A program made the translations under genes and the position numbers. From contig CAWHAE010000009.1 of the NCBI GenBank assembly GCA_963827235.1, positions 128,001 through 192,000 of the forward strand: DNA of 64,000 nucleotides. The letters are read 5' to 3'. Positions 28,640 to 37,693 of this stretch are shown piece by piece. The notes below the pieces were generated by a model. That model saw nothing but the letters and a program-made list of their open reading frames with translations, did not search any database and was not told where the DNA came from. Each line of letters begins with the position of its first letter. Within the stretch, counting starts at the first letter, position 1. This DNA is from an uncultured bacterium. Its GTDB lineage: Bacteria; Chloroflexota; UBA5177; JANWHV01.

Positions 28640-29017
28640 TCAGTCGCCTATGCGACGCACGAAATGATAGGCGATGGCGTGTCCCTCATAGCTGACGGGG
28701 ATCATCTCCGTCTCCGCCGCGAAGGTGGTGCCGTCCTTGCGCAGGCCTCGAAAGCGAAAGGTGGCAGGAAAGGCCAGCGCGTTGACACGGTGGTGGTAAT
28801 TCCAGGCATAGTGCTCGCGATCTTCCTCGGCGATGAAGCTCTCGAGAAACGGCTCGGCGGCACACCACTCCGCGACCGTCAACCCGTGCAGGGCGGCCAT
28901 GCGCTCGTTGCACGTCTTGTGAGACTCGTCGAGCCACAGGTAGACGCCGTCAGGACTTCCCTCCAGGATCGGGCGGAACTGTTCCGCTACCGCGCGAATG
29001 ACTTCTGCATGCTCCAT
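28640..29017 (-). CDS. Stand-alone PAS domain protein
   Basis: FRPILEGSPDGVY, CNERMA, FIAEEDRE and RGLRKDGTTF. Confidence 0.8.
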   Translation of the reverse strand: MEHAEVIRAVAEQFRPILEGSPDGVYLWLDESHKTCNERMAALHGLTVAEWCAAEPFLESFIAEEDREHYAWNYHHRVNALAFPATFRFRGLRKDGTTFAAETEMIPVSYEGHAIAYHFVRRIGD

Positions 29018-29070
29018 GGTGCCCTCCTTAAATCACGAATCTTGCGTTTGCATGGCAGCCGTGGTTAGCC

Positions 29071-29430
29071 CTATTCGTCCCACGCTTGCACACCAACCTG
29101 GCGTGCGATCCGGCCGTCGACCACTTCCAGCATCGCTACACAGCGCACTGCCGTACCGTCGGGATAGGCGCAAGCTTCGTCGTAGGCCAGACTGTCGCCG
29201 GCGGCGATCACGTGCTCGACACGGTGCCGCAACGCGCGTCCGCAGATGTCGGTCCAGTAGGCTGCGATTGCGCTCTTGCCGCGCAGGGTGAGTGGATGGC
29301 TGGGCTGATGGTTGCGGTCGATCACCTGCAGCTCGGCGTCGTCGGCATACAGGCTGACCAGGGTCTCCCCGTCGCTGCCCTCGAGGGCAGCACGTAGCGT
29401 GTCGGCAATACTCGTCGTGGTAGTGTTCAT
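29071..29430 (-). CDS. SnoaL/NTF2-like protein
   Basis: LYADDA, LRGKSAI and DGRIARQ. Confidence 0.88.
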   Translation of the reverse strand: MNTTTTSIADTLRAALEGSDGETLVSLYADDAELQVIDRNHQPSHPLTLRGKSAIAAYWTDICGRALRHRVEHVIAAGDSLAYDEACAYPDGTAVRCVAMLEVVDGRIARQVGVQAWDE

Positions 29431-29449
29431 CGATCGCTCCTCAGGCTGC

Positions 29450-30526
29450 TCAGGCTCTGGCTTCGAATATGCGGTTGAACGGCGTCTGTGTCACGCGCCG
29501 GAAGCGGCCGAAACCTGCCGCGGTCACCACGTCGCGCAACTGCGCCTCGGTGGCAATCGTGCCCAGCGCCGGCCCGCCATGGGCAAGCGCGTTCGGCGTA
29601 CAGCAGAGCGTGGAGGCGCCGGCGAACAGGCGGCCCACGGGATTCAGGTTCTCCTCGACCCTCTCTCCGGCCATCGGCTCGACGATAAGCGCTGTGCCCT
29701 CGGGTGCGAGCGACCTGTGCGCCTGCCGGCAGGCGCCGACGGGGTCGGCCATATCGTGCAGGCAGTCGAAGTACGCGAGCAGATCGAAGCCCGCGAGAGG
29801 GGCCGGAAAGCTGTGCGCGTCGGCCACCTCGAACACGACGCGATCGGCCACGCTCGCTTCCCGAGCAGCCCTGTTCGCCCGCTCGATGGACGGTGCGTGG
29901 CTGTCGAATCCATGGAATCTTGACCGCGGGAAGGCCTGGGCCATGATGATCGTCGAGGCGCCATGGCCGCACCCGATGTCTGCCACGGTCGCGCCACGCT
30001 CCAGCTTCTCCTGCGCCCCATCGAGCGCGGGAATCCAGCTGGTCACCAGGTTGCCGATATATCCGGGCCGGAAGAAGCGTTCCGTCCCCTCGAAGAGGCC
30101 CTGGTCATGCTCGCCCCAGCCCATGCCTGTTCCCGTGCGAAATGCCTCGCCGATCCTGGACTCCGCCTTGCACATCGCGTTGATCAGCTGGAAGCCGCCG
30201 CCTACAAAGAACGGGCTGCGGTCGTCGGCTAACGCAACTGCCTGCTCCGGCGGCAGGAAGTACCGGTCGGCTGCGGCATCGTAGGCTACGTAACCCCCGG
30301 CCGCCTGATTGATCAGCCATTCCCGCAGGTAGCGCTCGGCAGTACCTGTACGCGCCGCCAGCTCGGCGGCGGAGAGCGGCCCCGCATCGGCCATGGCCTT
30401 GTACAGCCCAAGCCTATCGCCTATGGTGGCCAGGGCCGTACTGAGTGCCGCTCCGAAATCATCCACGACCCGGCCGAGGAACGCCTGGAGCTTGGTCTCG
30501 TCAATTGCCGTAACTTGTGCTTGCAT
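29450..30526 (-). CDS. Class I SAM methyltransferase with N-terminal wHTH (Rv2258c-like)
   Basis: IGDRLGLYKAM, ERYLREWL, VADIGCGHG and FDCLHDM. Confidence 0.92.
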   Translation of the reverse strand: MQAQVTAIDETKLQAFLGRVVDDFGAALSTALATIGDRLGLYKAMADAGPLSAAELAARTGTAERYLREWLINQAAGGYVAYDAAADRYFLPPEQAVALADDRSPFFVGGGFQLINAMCKAESRIGEAFRTGTGMGWGEHDQGLFEGTERFFRPGYIGNLVTSWIPALDGAQEKLERGATVADIGCGHGASTIIMAQAFPRSRFHGFDSHAPSIERANRAAREASVADRVVFEVADAHSFPAPLAGFDLLAYFDCLHDMADPVGACRQAHRSLAPEGTALIVEPMAGERVEENLNPVGRLFAGASTLCCTPNALAHGGPALGTIATEAQLRDVVTAAGFGRFRRVTQTPFNRIFEARA

Positions 30527-30630
30527 CTCGTCTGCCTCCCAATCCTCTCCACCTGGGCGCCCGGGTGGATTGGCATTCGCGATCGCTTCCCCGATAGTAG
30601 GTCGGGCAAGGGCGTGCGTCATCGTGGGAA

Positions 30631-30660
30631 GTACGGAGTGCGAAGTGCGGCGGTACGGAG
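30631..30660. promoter_or_regulatory. Direct repeat, candidate LuxR-STAND regulator binding site
   Basis: GTACGGAG at 30631 and 30653 (22-bp period) between the regulator and the methyltransferase. Confidence 0.45.
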
Positions 30661-30682
30661 ATCAGGCCTGCCGATCGCCCGC

Positions 30683-33600
30683 TTAGCTTAGGCCGTGCTG
30701 CACCGCCCACGCGGCGACCTGGGCACGGGTCGAGAAATTGAGCTTAGCCAACACGTTTGTGATATGCGTCTCGACGGTCCGCTCGCCGACGTACAGCGTC
30801 CGCGCGATCTCGCGGTTGGAGAGACCTTGACGGATCAACATCACTACCTCTCGTTCGCGCGGTGTGAGACTGCCGGCTGCCGTGGTGCTCTGGCGCCGGG
30901 ACCGCGCGGCGATAGCACGCGGAAGAGTCGCCAGGGCGCGCTGGAGAAAGGACGCGCCGGCCGCCTCATCGGGCATCCGGCCGGCCAGCGATTCGAGGAC
31001 CTGCTGCATGCTCGTGCCTGCCGCCTTCGCCTCCGCAGGCCTCCCGAGGCGTTGTAGAAGATCGGCGCGGCGTGCCTCACATCGCCAAAGCAGAGGCAGC
31101 GCACCCTGTGCGGTCGCGACCTGCCGGGCTGCTTCGAACGCTGCTTCGGCTTCGTGGTACTTTCCTTCCGCGGCCAGCGCTTCTCCGCGAAGCCGGGCCA
31201 GGCGCGGTGCGCGTGTCCGCGCCGGATCCAGGTTTGGCGTCGCGGCTTCCATCTGGTCCAGCAGCGCGACCGCGGAGCCTGCCTGCCCTCGCGCCAGCGC
31301 CAGCTCGATGCGGGCGCACCAGACCAGTCGCTCGCCCAATGTCTCGGCGGGCTTGGCGGCATCGCCGGTCGCCTCAAGGACCTCGCTCGCCTGCGCAGGT
31401 TGAGCGTCGAGCAGCAAGGCGCTGGCCAGCAGCCCGCTCGCGACTCGCATCCAGTGCGATGAGCCCGTCTCACGTGCCAGCGTGAGGGCCCTTTGGAGCT
31501 GCGTGGCTGCCTGTTCCGGCTCCAGCAGGTCCAAAGACAGGTAGCCTTGCACGCAGTAACCCGCAGCCATCCACTGCCGGTGCTCGATCTCGGCGGCGAT
31601 CAGGCAGCCTTGCGCGGTCGCACTCTGCGCGGCTGCGTACTGGCCTGCCGAGCCAAGGCAGAACCCGAGCATCAGCAACGCGTAGGCCTCACCGGAACGG
31701 TTCTTGATCTCGCGCGCCAGGGCCAGAGCGGCCTCTCCATCGCGGATGCACGCATCCAGATTGCCTTCGGGCAGGACCATGCTGTCCGTCTGGACGGTGG
31801 CGCCGCGCAGGGTCATGGTCGCAAGGCTGGAGATCAGCCCCGGTCGATCGTCAAGCTCGCGAAAAAGTTCCACGGCTCTCGAGTAGTACCGCGTCCCCTG
31901 GATCAGGTCGGCACCCAAATAAGAGGTCATGCCGAGAAAGTCCAACGTGGCGGCCAGCCCGGGCCGGTCGGCCAGGCTCTCGAAGATTGCCAGCGCCTGC
32001 AGGTGGTGAGTACGTGCCTCCAAAGGCCGATCGACATTGAGGTACCAGTTGCCGAGCCGATTTGCGCTATGGGCGCGCAACGAGGCATCGCCGCTGGCCT
32101 GTGCAAGATCGGCTGCCCGGCGATAGTACTCGTACGTCTGCTGATAGTCTCGGCCGGCCCACAGCATCCCCAGGTCCAGCAGCGCCTGCCACTCAGCCGG
32201 TAGGCTCTTGCCTGCCCGCGCCGCCTCGAGCGCCGCGAGATAGTCGGCGTGTGCCGGCTCCCATGCGCCGAGGCTTTCGTGCGCGTGCCCGCGCATCCGA
32301 TGCAGCTCCGGATCGGGGAGGAGTGACAGGTGTGCGGCCGCGTCCAACGCCCTGGTGAGGTGATCGATTGCCGCGCCCGGCGCATACAGCCGGATTGCGC
32401 GCTCGCCCAGCTGCCGGGAATAGAGCATCGCCTTCTCCCAGACTCCTGCCTGGTGGTAGTGATAGGCCAGATCGGCCGGATGGCCGTGAAGTGCCGTCGC
32501 GTAGAGGGTTTCAACTGCTGCGGCGACCTGGCGGTGCGTCGCCCGCCGTTCCAGGGCCAGCATGCCCGTGTAGATTGCCTCCCTGGTCAGAGCGTGCCGG
32601 AAGACGATCTGCTCAGGCGGCTGCTGGATCACCAGCTGTGCGCCTACCCACTCTTTCACGCACCGCACCAGACCGTCGTCGTCGAGACCGGTCACGTGCT
32701 GCAGCACGGAAAGATCGATGCGCTGGCCGATCACCGCGGCCACGGCCAGCGCACGTGCAGCCGGGGCACTGAGACGATCCCGCCGGCGCTGTACCGCGTC
32801 CTGAATGCTTCGCGGGATGCGCAGGTCACGCAATGCTTCACGACTCCAGGCGCCGTCGGCAAAGTAGATGGCGCCGGAAGACACGAGCGATCGCAATACT
32901 TCCTCGATGAAGAACGGGTTGCCCTCCGTCAAGCCATAGATCGCCTCGAGGAACTCCGTGCGGATAGGGCGATCCAGCCTGAATATCGCGCGGAGCATGG
33001 CCTCTACCTCGCCGGCACTCAGACGCGTGAGCGGCAGCTCGGTCGCCAGGCGGCTGCGATCCAGCTCGGCCAGTAGGTGGGTCAATTGTGCGAACGCTTC
33101 GTCGGTGCGATAGGTGAGCACGAGACCGATGGGCAGCCGGCTGGTCGCGCGAGCGAGGTGCAGGATGTATTCCAGGCTGCTGTCGTCGCTCCAATGCAAG
33201 TCCTCCAGCACGATCAGCAGCGGCCGGAGGGCAGCCAGACCGGTCAGCAGATTGGTGAGCGCGGCGAAAAGCCGTCGCTTGCGCTGCTCCGGCGCGCCAT
33301 CAGCCGCGGAAGAGTCACCGCGTCCGGCGGCAATCTCCGGCACGATCATGCTCAGCTCCGGCCCGAGGGTCTGCACGACCGCGGCCGCCGACTCGTCGGC
33401 GACGGATACGCGGCAGGCACGCACAAGGTCGCTCAACGGTCCATAGGGGAGTGACCTGTCCGGCTCAAAGCAGTCGCCCTGCAGCACGGGCATACGGCAT
33501 GTGGCAGCAATACGGATGCATTCCGCCACCAGCCGTGACTTACCGATACCTGCCTCCCCGGAGATCACGATGACGCCGCCGTGGCCGGCGGCGGACTGGT

Positions 33601-33685
33601 GAGCGAACTGGCCCACGGCCTGCAGATAGTGATTGCGCCCGATCAGCACCGGGCAGGTGATTGGCTGGTCGAGCGGTGACGCCAT
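30683..33685 (-). CDS. Large LuxR family regulator (AAA/STAND ATPase + TPR + HTH)
   Basis: GEAGIGKS Walker A, LEDLHWSD and TEGNPFF; C-terminal LTPREREV...GLSNREIA. Confidence 0.93.
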   Translation of the reverse strand: MASPLDQPITCPVLIGRNHYLQAVGQFAHQSAAGHGGVIVISGEAGIGKSRLVAECIRIAATCRMPVLQGDCFEPDRSLPYGPLSDLVRACRVSVADESAAAVVQTLGPELSMIVPEIAAGRGDSSAADGAPEQRKRRLFAALTNLLTGLAALRPLLIVLEDLHWSDDSSLEYILHLARATSRLPIGLVLTYRTDEAFAQLTHLLAELDRSRLATELPLTRLSAGEVEAMLRAIFRLDRPIRTEFLEAIYGLTEGNPFFIEEVLRSLVSSGAIYFADGAWSREALRDLRIPRSIQDAVQRRRDRLSAPAARALAVAAVIGQRIDLSVLQHVTGLDDDGLVRCVKEWVGAQLVIQQPPEQIVFRHALTREAIYTGMLALERRATHRQVAAAVETLYATALHGHPADLAYHYHQAGVWEKAMLYSRQLGERAIRLYAPGAAIDHLTRALDAAAHLSLLPDPELHRMRGHAHESLGAWEPAHADYLAALEAARAGKSLPAEWQALLDLGMLWAGRDYQQTYEYYRRAADLAQASGDASLRAHSANRLGNWYLNVDRPLEARTHHLQALAIFESLADRPGLAATLDFLGMTSYLGADLIQGTRYYSRAVELFRELDDRPGLISSLATMTLRGATVQTDSMVLPEGNLDACIRDGEAALALAREIKNRSGEAYALLMLGFCLGSAGQYAAAQSATAQGCLIAAEIEHRQWMAAGYCVQGYLSLDLLEPEQAATQLQRALTLARETGSSHWMRVASGLLASALLLDAQPAQASEVLEATGDAAKPAETLGERLVWCARIELALARGQAGSAVALLDQMEAATPNLDPARTRAPRLARLRGEALAAEGKYHEAEAAFEAARQVATAQGALPLLWRCEARRADLLQRLGRPAEAKAAGTSMQQVLESLAGRMPDEAAGASFLQRALATLPRAIAARSRRQSTTAAGSLTPREREVVMLIRQGLSNREIARTLYVGERTVETHITNVLAKLNFSTRAQVAAWAVQHGLS

Positions 33686-33755
33686 CAGACTGCCTTGTTT
33701 GACTCGCGTAACGACCGCCATCATCTCGCGTGCCCAGCGAAGATCGCGATCGAAT

Positions 33756-33932
33756 GAACTCGGCTGGATTGGAATATACAGTGGGAACGAATAGCCGGTT
33801 CGACCGATCATGAAAGGAGCCGTGACCGCCCGCTATTGGCGCCGTGGCCCGGTTCCAGCGGGCCGAGAGGCAAGACTTGACCGCGCGGCAGCGAGCCGCG
33901 CGGTCGCCGGCACGTCCGCCCAGCTTCGAGCT
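33756..33932 (+). ncRNA. Probable 6S RNA-like structured RNA
   Basis: Intergenic; 5' CTCGGCTGG can pair with 3' CCAGC..CGAG; the internal ATAGCCGGTTCGACC...GGAGCCGTGAC...GCTATTGGCG...GAGAGGCAAGACTTGAC resembles Firmicutes-type 6S RNA from memory. Confidence 0.5.
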
Positions 33933-34134
33933 GCCTGTGCTCTTCTCCAGCAGGTCAGAGTAGATTGGAGGTAGCGGGCGGCGCTTGCCGTCTACCTGAT
34001 TCGCTGCCGCACGCTTCCGGATGCCACGCTTGCGCACATGCGAGCCCTGTCTCCGGATGCACCGGGCAGTGATAGCCGGGAGAATGCACTGGACCGGCTC
34101 GCCGTGGCGCGGGACTGGATGTTGTGAGGCAGAG

Positions 34135-34779
34135 GTGGCGGAGCAAGCCGAGTCCGGCCAGCCGGCGGCGATGGAGACGGCACGCCTGGAAGCATTCAGC
34201 GACGGGGTCTTCGCCGTCGCCATCACCTTGCTCGCTCTCGACCTCCGGGTGCCGGTGCACCGGGATCTGGTGAACGCCCACGGTCTAGCCCGGGCCCTGG
34301 CAGGCCAGTGGCCGGAGTACGTCGCGTACGCGCTCAGCTTTCTGAGCATCCTGGTCATGTGGGTGAACCATCACCACCTGTTCGTCGTCATCCGGCGCGC
34401 GGATCACTTCTTCCTCATGCTCAACGGGCTGCTCCTGATGATCGTCACCACGATCCCTTTCGTCACGAACCTGCTGGCCGCGTATCTCGTGCAACCGGAG
34501 AAGCGAACCGCTCAGGTCGTGTTCAGCGGCGCCTACTTTCTCTTGGCAATCGTGTTCAACACCATGTGGCGCTACGCGTCGACAGGCAGACGCCTGCTCG
34601 GCTCCAATATCGACAATCGCCGGGTTGAAGACATCACACGCCAGTTCCGCTTCGGTCCGCTCCTGTATCTGACCTCGTTCGCCCTGGCGTTTGTCAGTGC
34701 TGAGGCCAGTCTCGCCCTATGCATTCTCCTGGCTTTGTTCTACGGGCTGCCAAGCAGCATCACCCGCGCCACGCGCTGA
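34135..34779 (+). CDS. TMEM175 family potassium channel
   Basis: RLEAFSDGVFAVAITLL and WVNHHHLF signature. Confidence 0.92.
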   Translation: MAEQAESGQPAAMETARLEAFSDGVFAVAITLLALDLRVPVHRDLVNAHGLARALAGQWPEYVAYALSFLSILVMWVNHHHLFVVIRRADHFFLMLNGLLLMIVTTIPFVTNLLAAYLVQPEKRTAQVVFSGAYFLLAIVFNTMWRYASTGRRLLGSNIDNRRVEDITRQFRFGPLLYLTSFALAFVSAEASLALCILLALFYGLPSSITRATR

Positions 34780-34915
34780 CAAGCGGGCATGCACCTCTGC
34801 CACTTGGATCTGGATGTGGCGCTTCAGGAGCTCGGCATCTCCCGGCGGGCGGTTCGCCCATCTCACCCGTAACTCGTCAAGTTGGGACGATGATGGAGAG
34901 CCTGTTGGCGTGGCT

Positions 34916-34948
34916 TCCCATGTCGCTCCCATGTTGGAAGGTTAGCAT
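34916..34948 (+). promoter_or_regulatory. OmpR-type direct-repeat box and -10 element
   Basis: TCCCAT-N5-TCCCAT, then 10 bp to TAGCAT, upstream of the RR/HK gene. Confidence 0.45.
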
Positions 34949-35008
34949 CGGCTATGAAGCATCTCCTCGACGCGCCATTCGAGCCCACTGTAGTGAGCAG
35001 AGCGCAGC

Positions 35009-36361
35009 ATGCACATACTGGTCGTTGAAGACAAGCGCCGTCTGGCTCGACTCCTCGAGGACTCACTGGAGCTGTGGAATGCCCTTGTGGTCCTCCTGCT
35101 CGTCGGCGCCCTCGAGGGCATCACGTACGTGGTGCTGGCCAGGAGCTTCAGCAATGCCGTGGAGTCCGAGCTGCATGCTCGCATGAGCCAGAAGCTCTCC
35201 ATCGCCAATCAGGTAGGCCTCAGCGCACTCGCCCAGCGCAACGCACAGCGTCTGGAGTACGACCTCGCCTATCCCGGCGTCTTCGCGCCGGTTGCCGACA
35301 TGCACGGACGCGTGCTCGCCGCCCCGGTGGGGCTGCGGGCCCTCGCGGTGCCCGACCAAGCGGCACTGGACCACGCCTTGACCGGGCACGTGGACGAACG
35401 CACGGTCAAGCGCGGCGCGTATGACGTGCGGCTGCTCAGCGCTCCCGTGTTCTCGGGCTCGCGCGTCATCGGCGCCGTGCAGGTCGGCCGCTCGCAGGTC
35501 CTGCACGAGCGCGAGCTCGCCACCTTGCTCCAGGTAGCGCTCATCGGCGGCATGGTGGCCCTGGTGCTTTGCCTGGGAGGCGGCCTCTTCCTCGCCGGAC
35601 GCGCGCTCGTCCCGGTACGTGCGGCGTTCGTGGCGCAACAGGCCTTTGCGGCCGATGCCTCTCATGAGCTACGCACTCCGCTGGCCTTGCTGCGCGGCAC
35701 GGCGGAGATGCTGCAATCTCGCTACGGGCGCGACGCCCGGCGCGATCACCCGATGATCGCCGATCTGCTGAGCGATTGCGATCGGCTGCGGCGGCTGGTC
35801 GGTGACCTGCTTACGCTGGCGCGGGCGGATGCTGGCCAGATGGCGCTTCGCTCGGAGGCGGTGCGGCTGGACCGGTTGGTGGATGACGCAGGCCGTCGCG
35901 GACTGGTGCTCGCCGCGCCGCGTGAGATCGCGCTGACCTGGAGCGCATCCGAGATCACCTGGGTAGACGGCGACCCGGCCTGGTTGGCTCAGCTCATCTG
36001 GATCCTGCTGGACAATGCGCTCTCGTATACCAATCAAGGTGGTGCCGTGCGAATGGACCTCACTGCCAACGGCCGCCATGTCGGACTCGCGGTCTCGGAC
36101 GCGGGCATCGGCATTCCCGCCTCGAGCCTGCCGCACATCTTCGACCGCTTCTATCGCGTGGATTCGGCGCGTGCGCGAGAATCAGGCGGGGCAGGGCTCG
36201 GCCTCGCCCTGGCACGCGTCATCGCAAAAGCGCACGGCGGCACGATCCAGGCTGAGAGCGGCGAAGGCCTGGGCAGCGTGTTCACCGTCTACCTGCCCGT
36301 ACGACGCGATCCCGCCGGCTCAGGTGAGCCTTCCGCGACCAAGCGATCAGAGCCGCGCTGA
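35009..36361 (+). CDS. Sensor histidine kinase whose first ~21 residues derive from a response-regulator receiver
   Basis: MHILVVEDKRRLARLLEDSLE fused to a TM segment; ADASHELRTPL H-box, LLDNALSY, DAGIGI and GAGLGL. Confidence 0.88.
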   Translation: MHILVVEDKRRLARLLEDSLELWNALVVLLLVGALEGITYVVLARSFSNAVESELHARMSQKLSIANQVGLSALAQRNAQRLEYDLAYPGVFAPVADMHGRVLAAPVGLRALAVPDQAALDHALTGHVDERTVKRGAYDVRLLSAPVFSGSRVIGAVQVGRSQVLHERELATLLQVALIGGMVALVLCLGGGLFLAGRALVPVRAAFVAQQAFAADASHELRTPLALLRGTAEMLQSRYGRDARRDHPMIADLLSDCDRLRRLVGDLLTLARADAGQMALRSEAVRLDRLVDDAGRRGLVLAAPREIALTWSASEITWVDGDPAWLAQLIWILLDNALSYTNQGGAVRMDLTANGRHVGLAVSDAGIGIPASSLPHIFDRFYRVDSARARESGGAGLGLALARVIAKAHGGTIQAESGEGLGSVFTVYLPVRRDPAGSGEPSATKRSEPR

Positions 36362-36369
36362 GCAACACC

Positions 36370-36680
36370 CGGCAACCCTGGTCCGTTGGCCGGGGGGACA
36401 GGTGGGTACGACCAGCCAGGCGGCTGACTTGGTAGTCAGTCCGAATGGCACGACCGATATCTTCGCCGCCGGCACGGTGCCGGTTCCGGGCGGCAGTCCT
36501 GCCGCCAACGCGAACGGCGCGCCGCAGTTCACTCCGCCCTACGCGGCGCGGGCAGCGGCGGGTACCACCGTCGTCACCACCACCGATCCTGCCCTGCTCA
36601 ACCCCTGCGACGGCGGTGCGTACCGCTACAGCTACGGCCAACAGAACGGCAAGCCGGTATATGATGTCGTCTGCGAATGA
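36370..36680 (+). pseudogene. Start-less C-terminal fragment of a probable secreted protein
   Basis: Coding-like frame ...LVVSPNGTTDIFAAGTVP...LLNPCDGGAYRYSYGQQNGKPVYDVVCE* with no own start or RBS. Confidence 0.4.
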
Positions 36681-37389
36681 GCGCTGGAGCCAAACCTGGC
36701 CGAAGCATGCGGACGCCGGTGCCGTGACTGTTTTGATCGCATGCGGGTATCAGCCGGCGCGTCCGGGCTGGTGCGCCATGCTGCGCACCAGCCCGGACGT
36801 CAGGATCGTTGCGGAGGCTGCGGACGAGTTCGAGGCCATCGCTCTGGTGGCAGACTTGCGGCCTCGCGCTGTAGTTATGCCCACCGACTTGTCGCCGGGG
36901 GACGGCTTCGCGGCTGCCTGTGCGATCAGACGTATCTCTCCAGCCACCTCGATTCTCCTGCTGGGCCTGGCTGGCGACTCGTCCGGCGTGCGGAAGGCCG
37001 TACGGGCAGGCGCGAGTGGCTATTTGCCGCTGCAGAGTACCGGCGCTTTGGTGCTCCACGCGGTTCTCGCCATTGCACAGGGGGATGTGCTGGTGGCCGG
37101 TACGTCCTACCTACCCCTTGCGCCTGTCACCGCTCTCGCCGCGCCTTGCTCCGGCGCCGGCCGCTCTCCGAGCTCCAGCGCTGAGCACACGGTCGAGCCG
37201 CTAACGGAGCGCGACGTGACGATTCTGGAGCTGATCGCCCAGGGCATGACCAACCGGGACATGGCACGCACGCTCTCGTTCGCCGAAGTGACCATCAATA
37301 TGCACGTGCGGCGCATACTGGCGAGGCTGCGCGCCGCCGACCGGACACAGGCCGCGGTCATCGCGCTCCGCCTGGGCATCATCGTGTGA
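36661..37389 (+). CDS. NarL/FixJ-type response regulator with degenerate receiver
   Basis: IVAEAAD, AVRAGASGYL and LTERD..ILELIAQGMTNRDMA HTH; acidic pocket residues missing; start uncertain. Confidence 0.8.
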   Translation: MMSSANERWSQTWPKHADAGAVTVLIACGYQPARPGWCAMLRTSPDVRIVAEAADEFEAIALVADLRPRAVVMPTDLSPGDGFAAACAIRRISPATSILLLGLAGDSSGVRKAVRAGASGYLPLQSTGALVLHAVLAIAQGDVLVAGTSYLPLAPVTALAAPCSGAGRSPSSSAEHTVEPLTERDVTILELIAQGMTNRDMARTLSFAEVTINMHVRRILARLRAADRTQAAVIALRLGIIV

Positions 37390-37693
37390 GCCGGCGTGCC
37401 TGCCGGCGTCTCGGCCCGTGCTGGCACTGTCCTACCCGCCGTGCGCCGGGTAGTCATGGCGGGAGGAAGTCGCGGCGTTGCCGTGACGCGAGTTGATCTC
37501 CGTGTTGCGGCCTCCTGAGCTACACTTACCGGCATCGGCGCCGGGTGAGCAGGCCACTGTGATCTGCCCCCCCCCGCCGGATCGCATGCCGCTCGGGCCT
37601 AGGTAGCCACAGCTTGCAGCCTCGCGGCCGATCCTGCGCCGCTCCAGGGATGCCGTCCCCACCGCCCCGAATAGCCGGAAAGGATCCGCACCG

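Noticed and set aside
26989-28695. Long antisense ORFs (also 15178-16806, 17615-19189, 44608-46275, 50760-52229 and others)
   Set aside because: Shadow ORFs opposite well-supported genes, expected at high GC
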